From NCBI GenBank assembly GCA_041649675.1, contig JBAZMQ010000002.1, positions 65,920-129,919 of the forward strand: a stretch of DNA of 64,000 nt, read 5' to 3'. The notes beneath the pieces are model-generated. The model was given only the letters and a program-made list of their open reading frames with translations. It did no database searches and was not told the origin of the DNA. Below, piece by piece: positions 58,481 through 64,000 of the stretch. The DNA comes from Patescibacteria group bacterium. GTDB lineage: Bacteria > Patescibacteriota > Patescibacteriia > Buchananbacterales > UBA6539. The first letter of the stretch is position 1; each line of letters begins with the position of its first letter. A program made the translations under genes and the position numbers.

Positions 58481-59878
58481 TTAACTTTTAAATTTTTCCT
58501 CAAAATATTTTTTAATTTCTGAAATTTTAATTCTTTCCTGGCCCATCGTATCCCGATTCCTGACAGTTACTGCTTTATCTTCAATCGTTTCAAAATCAAC
58601 GGTCACGCAATAAGGCGTGCCAATTTCATCTTGCCGCCGGTAACGCTTGCCGATTGAGCCGGTCTCGTCATACTGGCAAAGCCATTGGCCGCGCAATTGA
58701 TCAAGAACTGCCTGAGTGGCTTTTTGCAACTCGGGCTTTTTTGAAAGCGGTAAAACCGCAATTTTTATCGGCGCAATTTTAGAATTAAATTTTAAGACTA
58801 CTTCAATATCTTTTATACTTTCAGTCGTAGTCGATCGGCCACCACTGATTTCCGTATAGGCATCCAATAAAAACATTAACGTTGCTCGGTCAGCCCCGGC
58901 TGAAGTTTCTATAATATAAGGATAAAATTTTTCGCCTGACTCCGAGTCGGTATATTTCAAATCTTGGCCCGAATATTCAGCGTGACGTGACAAATCCCAA
59001 TCGCCGCGGTGATGAATACCTTCCAATTCTTTCCAACCAAAAGGTGTTTGGTATTCAATATCCATAGCTTTCTTAGCATAGTGAGCCAATTCATCTTTAC
59101 CGTGTTCGCGGAAACGCAAATTTTCTTTTTTAATCCCTAAAGACAAATACCAATTCATCCGAACCTCTTTCCATTGATCAAAAATTTTGTCAGCCTCTTT
59201 TGGATTAACAAAATATTGCATTTCCATTTGTTCAAATTCTCGAGTCCGGAAAGTAAAATTGCCCGGCGTAATTTCGTTGCGAAAAGCCTTACCAATTTGG
59301 GCAATCCCAAACGGTAATTTCAAACGCATACTATCTTTAACATTTAAAAAATTAACATAAATTCCCTGGGCAGTTTCCGGCCGCAAATAAACAACCGAAG
59401 TCGCATCTTCCACCGGCCCCATAAAAGTCTTAAACATCAAATTGAATTGTCTGATTTCGGTTAATTCGCCGCCGCATTCCGGACACGTCTTCAATTCCAA
59501 GGGCGGTTCTTTCATCGCGCCCAAAGCTGGCTTAATGCCTTTAGCTTCCAATAGATGATCAGCCCGAAAGCGCTTTTTACATTTTTTACAATCAACTAAC
59601 GGATCGGAAAAATTTTGAACATGGCCGGAAGCTTCCCAAATCCTTGGATGCATCAAAATCGCTGAATCTAGCCCAACGACGTCGTTTCGCTGATAAACCA
59701 TTGATTGCCACCATTGGCGCTTAACATTATTTTTTAATTCCACTCCCAACGGACCGTAATCATAAAATGAGTTTAAGCCGCCATAAATTTCCGAAGACTG
59801 AAAAATAAAGCCTCTTTGCTTGCATAAAGAGACAATTTTTTCCATAAAACTATTGTCTATTTTTTTAGGTTTAGTCAT
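58481..59878 (-). CDS. glyQS: glycyl-tRNA synthetase (homodimeric alpha2 type)
   Basis: Class II motifs; N-terminal [24 protein letters not shown] is typical of GlyQS; C-terminal anticodon-binding domain. Confidence 0.9.
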   Translation of the reverse strand: MTKPKKIDNSFMEKIVSLCKQRGFIFQSSEIYGGLNSFYDYGPLGVELKNNVKRQWWQSMVYQRNDVVGLDSAILMHPRIWEASGHVQNFSDPLVDCKKCKKRFRADHLLEAKGIKPALGAMKEPPLELKTCPECGGELTEIRQFNLMFKTFMGPVEDATSVVYLRPETAQGIYVNFLNVKDSMRLKLPFGIAQIGKAFRNEITPGNFTFRTREFEQMEMQYFVNPKEADKIFDQWKEVRMNWYLSLGIKKENLRFREHGKDELAHYAKKAMDIEYQTPFGWKELEGIHHRGDWDLSRHAEYSGQDLKYTDSESGEKFYPYIIETSAGADRATLMFLLDAYTEISGGRSTTTESIKDIEVVLKFNSKIAPIKIAVLPLSKKPELQKATQAVLDQLRGQWLCQYDETGSIGKRYRRQDEIGTPYCVTVDFETIEDKAVTVRNRDTMGQERIKISEIKKYFEEKFKS

Positions 59879-59975
59879 AAAAGTATTTTAGCTAATTCCC
59901 GGTTTTTTTTCAAGTCAAATCGGTAGTTTGACAAAATATTAGACATTTGATAAGTTTGCAGTAAAAGCATCAACC

Positions 59976-60626
59976 ATGGGAGATTTTACAATGAAAAAGC
60001 TTAGAGGAGTAACTCACGAGAATGCCGTAATCACTGCCAAGGCCAATCCGGAAATGGCAGTCGCTATTGCCAAACGTTTTCCCGATCTGCTTATACCGAT
60101 CTCACTTGAGGTCAGAGGTCAATTGGGGGAGCTGGCACAGGCCTTTCCAAAATCGGCAATCGATCTAATCAGAGGGGACCCCTATCGGGCAATAATAATT
60201 GCCCAGGCCCTACCGGAAAAAACCATGGAAATTTCCGAGTACGCCTGTTGCCACATTCCAGAGTTGGCCAAGGCCGTGCCTTCGGCCGCCGCTGAATTAG
60301 CCCGGGCCTACGGTACCCAAGAGTGGGAAATTGTCTTGATGGTGCCGGACAAAGCGCCCGAAATCGCCCAAGCGATTCCCAGACTGTGCGTGCGCATCGT
60401 TCAAGAATTTCCACAAATGGCGCCGACAATCGCCGAAAAGGTCCCAGGCAAAGCAGTTGATATCGCCCTCGCTGTACCAAGCTTCGCTGTTGAAGTTGCC
60501 ATAGCCTGCCCACAAAATGCGGCAGAGATTGCCAACAGAATTGAAACGGCCAGAGAGGCAATTCTGGCGATTTCAAAAGTGAAGGCAAAACCGCGTCACC
60601 GGTGGCTTCACTGGCTCATTGGTTAG
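59976..60626 (+). CDS. hypothetical A/P-rich repeat protein, compositionally atypical (~52% GC)
   Basis: 216-aa ORF built from about 8 degenerate 12-13-aa repeats (e.g. EMAVAIAKRFPD, PEIAQAIPRL, PTIAEKVPGKA, AVDIALAVPSFA, EVAIACPQNA), suggesting a helical solenoid. No family recognised. Confidence 0.45.
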   Translation: MGDFTMKKLRGVTHENAVITAKANPEMAVAIAKRFPDLLIPISLEVRGQLGELAQAFPKSAIDLIRGDPYRAIIIAQALPEKTMEISEYACCHIPELAKAVPSAAAELARAYGTQEWEIVLMVPDKAPEIAQAIPRLCVRIVQEFPQMAPTIAEKVPGKAVDIALAVPSFAVEVAIACPQNAAEIANRIETAREAILAISKVKAKPRHRWLHWLIG

Positions 60627-60685
60627 AAATCGCCTTCGCGATTTCTTTTTTTATAAAAAAATAAGCTTGTTCTCTTATTTTTTGT

Positions 60686-61249
60686 CTATTTGATAAAATA
60701 CATCACTGCCGCACTCACTAAAGTAACAGACACATTGTCATTTAGTCTTAAGGGCAAGCTTTCAACTAAGCCCGCGATTAAAGCAGTTTTGAAACCAAGG
60801 GAAAAAGCACCAATCAATGACAAATCAGGCAACATCCAACGAAGCAAAATAAAGGCGCCTAGAGTACCAAAAATAACAAAAGCAATGCTGCCGGCAAAAG
60901 TCTTGTGTCGATTCCAGGGCAATTCCTTAGCTTTAAAATTTGCACCAATCAAAGTAGCCGCCCCGTCGCCCAAAGCTAAAATCGCCCAGCTGGCAGCCAC
61001 AATATACAACGGAAAAATTAAAACCAAAACTAGCAAGACTAAAAAATAAAGAACTGCCCCCTGGCTATATTTCCTTTCAAAGCTTCGGTAAAAATATGAC
61101 TTGATCCGTAGTTTAGGAATAACAACTAAAGTAACAAGCAATAAAAACAAAAGTAGTAGCGCCGCTTGCCACCGATTCAAAAATTTTAATAAAAAAGCTA
61201 GAAAAAATAAAAGGATATGAACAATTTGTCTTTTTTCTTCAGAAAACAT
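60686..61249 (-). CDS. CTP-transferase-1 family (CdsA / dolichol-kinase-like) polytopic membrane protein
   Basis: LGDGAATLIGANFKAKELPWNRHKTFAGSIAFVIFG resembles the family's conserved C-terminal GD..A...G...GK......P.KT.EG block. Confidence 0.5.
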   Translation of the reverse strand: MFSEEKRQIVHILLFFLAFLLKFLNRWQAALLLLFLLLVTLVVIPKLRIKSYFYRSFERKYSQGAVLYFLVLLVLVLIFPLYIVAASWAILALGDGAATLIGANFKAKELPWNRHKTFAGSIAFVIFGTLGAFILLRWMLPDLSLIGAFSLGFKTALIAGLVESLPLRLNDNVSVTLVSAAVMYFIK

Positions 61250-61302
61250 GGTGGGGTTTAAAAAATTAATAAAAAAACCTGCGCTTTAATTTTTTATTTA
61301 TT

Positions 61303-64000
61303 CTAACCAAAAATACTTTTTTCCGGCGGTTGGCTCGGTTCTTTTTGGGGCTCAGTTGGTTTTGTTTTTACTTGACCATCGCTTGGCGGTAAATCTGGAG
61401 TAACTGGCTTTGGCGCCTGAACCAAAGAATCTTCTTTAGTTAAATCACTGTTTGCTGCTTGGGGTTCTTTAATCTCTTTTGCCTTTAAAAAAGTAGCTAA
61501 TGAATCACGGCCAACGCCAATGTCAACTGGCTTATTAACAATAGGCGCTGGCTTATCTGGCTGATTAATCGGACTAATAGGTACAGCTGGAGCTGGTGTA
61601 TTTTCAACTACTGGACCAACCGGAGTGGCTGCACCACTGACCGGCGGCAAAACTTGGCCAGTTGCTTTTGCCAAACCAATATCAAGACCAATAATTTTTT
61701 CTCTTTGAGTATGAACCAAATCAATATCTGCACTTTTGTATGATTGGTATCCAAGTTTCTCGGCCGTAATATAATAAATATTATCATTGACCAAAAAAGT
61801 ATAGCGACCGGATAAATCTGTCACCCGAGTCTCTAATAATTTATTATACTTTTTATCATAAACCCGGACAATTGCCTGAGCAATTGACTTATTATTACTC
61901 CGGTCATAAATTCTGCCCCAATTCTTTGCTGGTTTATGGTAACCTAAACGACGGAACAAAATATATAAAAAGCAATGCAGGGCAAATAGAGAGAAAGTCA
62001 GCGGCCCGGGACTAAGCACCATTGAAACAGTAGCCAAAGGAACGGCTGAGAACGCCGCCGCATACTGCACTTTGCGCAAATAATGCTGAAAAATAATTTT
62101 GACGGCTGGCTTGATTTCTTCTTTTGGATCAATTGGAATATTTAGAATAATGTCAGCGTTTTTGTCAGTCACTTCAAAAGTTTGGCCATGATACAAATCT
62201 AAGTATTTAACATCTTCTTTTTCGTTTTTAAGAAAAACTGTTGGAAAAACGTACTTTGGCTTAGTCACAGTTAAATAGTAATAGCCGCTTGAAGCCAAAA
62301 TATTATAACGGCCGGATTTATCAGTCACTCGTGATTGAACCAACCGATTATTGTCTTTTTGATACAATCTGACAATGGCTAAATCAACCGGTTGCTTGGT
62401 TAAAGAATTATAAACAGTTCCCCATTTTTGCCGCCGCCGTCTAAATAGCGCTGCCAAAGGTTGACTGACAAAAAACTGCAAGTAAGTTAAAAAGTTAAAA
62501 AAGGAAAAAGAGGCAAAAGTATTAACCACTACCGCTGTAACTAAGGCCGGAGCAGCAACTTGAGTATTGGTTTTTTGGATTACTGGATTATCTAAAACTT
62601 TTTCCTTAATAATCTTAGAAATATTTTTAATCCTTTCGCCCAAGTCTAATTCACTGTTACCAGCTGGAGTCTTACAACCTAAATCAGCCGGATAATCAAC
62701 TAAACTATCACTATCATTATCAATGCCATCCAAGCATTGCACTAAGGGAACTCTTGTCCCCGGAGCTAAACCGCAATCAACTGGGCACGAAGAAACATTC
62801 TCGGAATCTTCACAGATATGATTACCACAACAAGGAGTAATTGGTGCACAAATACAATTAGCTAAATTTAATTGCTGGCAGCTACTACAAGCAGCAACAC
62901 ACTGAGGATTGCAGGACCGAACCTCCGGCGGCCGATCCAAATTTAAGTTGCAATTATTCAAATCATTGCATTGCCGTTTGGAAACACCGTTGATGCAATC
63001 TCCCCAGACTGAACAAGTCCAGCTCGGCAAACAAATTGGCACACAGTCTTTTTGGCAAGTGCCATTAGTCTCTCCGGTTTCACAAATGCCATTGCCGCAG
63101 CACGGCACTAATTGTTCACAAAGGCACTGAGCAATATTAATCTGCTGGCAGCTACCGCAAGATAAGCCAGGACATTGAGGGCTGCAGCTTTGCTGAGTTG
63201 GCGGCGGATTAGTCGGAATTAAGCAAGCCCGCCGGTCAAAACATTCGCGAGTTTGAATACCTGATAACGGACAAGTTTGTGGCTCCCAACCGGTACAATC
63301 CCAATCGGAGATACAAGCTACTCCGCAATCGGCTGGACAATTACTGGCTGTTTCAGCCGGCGCTTCACAAGTACCATTACCGCAGCACGGAGCAGGATCG
63401 GACAAACATAAGGTGCAGGCTGCATCAGCATGTTGGCAGACACCGCAAGACAAACTGCAGCCACATTCTTGCTCATAGCTATAATCAAGCTGACATTTTG
63501 GTACGGACTGATCAATACAGGTCATTATCCATTTATTATTTGGTTCACAATCACCATGACTGCAAGAAAAATTCGGCGTACAATGGCAAGCGGCATCACC
63601 TGGTGTTGAACCATCGGTACAAATTGAAGCCGAATAATCGCAACGGCCATTATGATTATCATCAATACCATTGTTACAAATTTCTGTGCCACCAGTAGTG
63701 GTAAATGAACCAGTATGAATTTCTTGCAAAGCCCCGGCACTAGCCGTGATTCGGTAATAATAAACTGTATTAGGATTCAACCCAGTAATATTATAAGTAT
63801 AATTTTGACCGCTTAAACCGCTGGCAGTGCCATCGCCTACTGCCGAAGTCACTCCCCAATCTAAAATTGAAGTACTGGCTTGGCAAAGAGTTTGCCAATT
63901 AACTGTGGCTGAATTATTGGCCGGCAAAACCGAAACATTGGAAATTATTAGCTCCACTTGGCAAGAAGCCGAACAACAATCGCCTGAATTAGTATTACCA
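61303..64000 (-). CDS. Cys-rich surface protein, 5'-partial (N-terminus beyond window end): FN3-like + CCGNGxCE Cys repeats + MopE-like motif + TM segments + two carboxypeptidase-regulatory-like (prealbumin-fold) domains + Pro-rich tail
   Basis: The reading frame stays open to position 64000 upstream of the ORF-track start (...GNTNSGDCCSASCQVELIISNVS...). Three PCCGNG.CE....C..DCG repeats; CLDGIDNDSDSLVDYPADLGC; two copies of ..AIVR.Y.K.....L...VTD.SGRY.....YY.T..K.GY. Confidence 0.75.
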   Translation of the reverse strand, partial: GNTNSGDCCSASCQVELIISNVSVLPANNSATVNWQTLCQASTSILDWGVTSAVGDGTASGLSGQNYTYNITGLNPNTVYYYRITASAGALQEIHTGSFTTTGGTEICNNGIDDNHNGRCDYSASICTDGSTPGDAACHCTPNFSCSHGDCEPNNKWIMTCIDQSVPKCQLDYSYEQECGCSLSCGVCQHADAACTLCLSDPAPCCGNGTCEAPAETASNCPADCGVACISDWDCTGWEPQTCPLSGIQTRECFDRRACLIPTNPPPTQQSCSPQCPGLSCGSCQQINIAQCLCEQLVPCCGNGICETGETNGTCQKDCVPICLPSWTCSVWGDCINGVSKRQCNDLNNCNLNLDRPPEVRSCNPQCVAACSSCQQLNLANCICAPITPCCGNHICEDSENVSSCPVDCGLAPGTRVPLVQCLDGIDNDSDSLVDYPADLGCKTPAGNSELDLGERIKNISKIIKEKVLDNPVIQKTNTQVAAPALVTAVVVNTFASFSFFNFLTYLQFFVSQPLAALFRRRRQKWGTVYNSLTKQPVDLAIVRLYQKDNNRLVQSRVTDKSGRYNILASSGYYYLTVTKPKYVFPTVFLKNEKEDVKYLDLYHGQTFEVTDKNADIILNIPIDPKEEIKPAVKIIFQHYLRKVQYAAAFSAVPLATVSMVLSPGPLTFSLFALHCFLYILFRRLGYHKPAKNWGRIYDRSNNKSIAQAIVRVYDKKYNKLLETRVTDLSGRYTFLVNDNIYYITAEKLGYQSYKSADIDLVHTQREKIIGLDIGLAKATGQVLPPVSGAATPVGPVVENTPAPAVPISPINQPDKPAPIVNKPVDIGVGRDSLATFLKAKEIKEPQAANSDLTKEDSLVQAPKPVTPDLPPSDGQVKTKPTEPQKEPSQPPEKSIFG

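Noticed and set aside
1-64000. CRISPR array, rRNA genes, transposase/integrase genes
   Set aside because: No regularly spaced direct repeats, no rRNA-like conserved stretches, and no DDE/tyrosine-recombinase-like ORFs were seen. The IR-bounded elements found carry no recognisable transposase.

Overview
This 64-kb window is AT-rich (roughly 38-40% GC) and gene-dense, and looks like a chromosomal segment from a small-genome, CPR/Patescibacteria-like bacterium. That assignment is inference from gene content and composition.

The conserved backbone is housekeeping. On the minus strand it runs hisS, rpsU, gatB/yqeY, then later ybeY, ftsA, ftsZ and class II ribonucleotide reductase nrdJ. On the plus strand it runs an LCP-family protein, der, pth, dprA, a HAD hydrolase, a yhhQ-like transporter, folC and topA. 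Further along are rel/spoT, parB/parA, four tRNAs (Val; Met, initiator fMet, Leu), glyQS and an M16 peptidase.

The dominant feature is a roughly 24-kb minus-strand locus of two tandem paralogous genes. One encodes a 6854-aa giant protein (10814-31378) and the other a 1109-aa protein (31400-34729). Both begin with the same signal peptide plus two-transmembrane pilin-like N-terminal domain, followed by very large cysteine-rich extracellular regions. Those regions carry IPT/TIG-like, myxo-type CGNGxxExGEECD, thrombospondin type-3 (DxDGDG), MopE-like, CBM4_9-like, LamG-like and possible vWA modules. Two small membrane proteins with TSP3 calcium-binding repeats follow downstream, and a third Cys-rich surface protein runs off the window end (61303-64000).

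Several compositionally atypical insertions stand out:
- A 2.5-kb island (about 840-3300) sits between a cobO-like adenosyltransferase gene and nrdJ. It contains a roughly 58% GC ORFan flanked by an 11/11 repeated CCCGCCTAGAGG motif.
- A roughly 52% GC gene at 59976-60626 encodes an A/P-rich repeat protein.
- A GC-richer 87-aa zinc-ribbon gene lies beside the tRNA cluster.
- A 1.3-kb mostly non-coding stretch (50160-51456) holds a frameshifted XRE-type regulator.

The window is also rich in inverted-repeat (IR) or hairpin elements. Two four-helix-bundle ('23S rRNA intervening sequence protein' family) genes each sit inside IR-flanked cassettes, share a 13-mer at their 5' junctions, and have an 'empty' copy of the palindrome elsewhere. 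Further IR-flanked elements lie upstream of dprA, around tRNA-Val, in the 730-bp non-coding region 38400-39125, and across the parA start codon.

No CRISPR array, rRNA gene, transposase or integrase was recognised.
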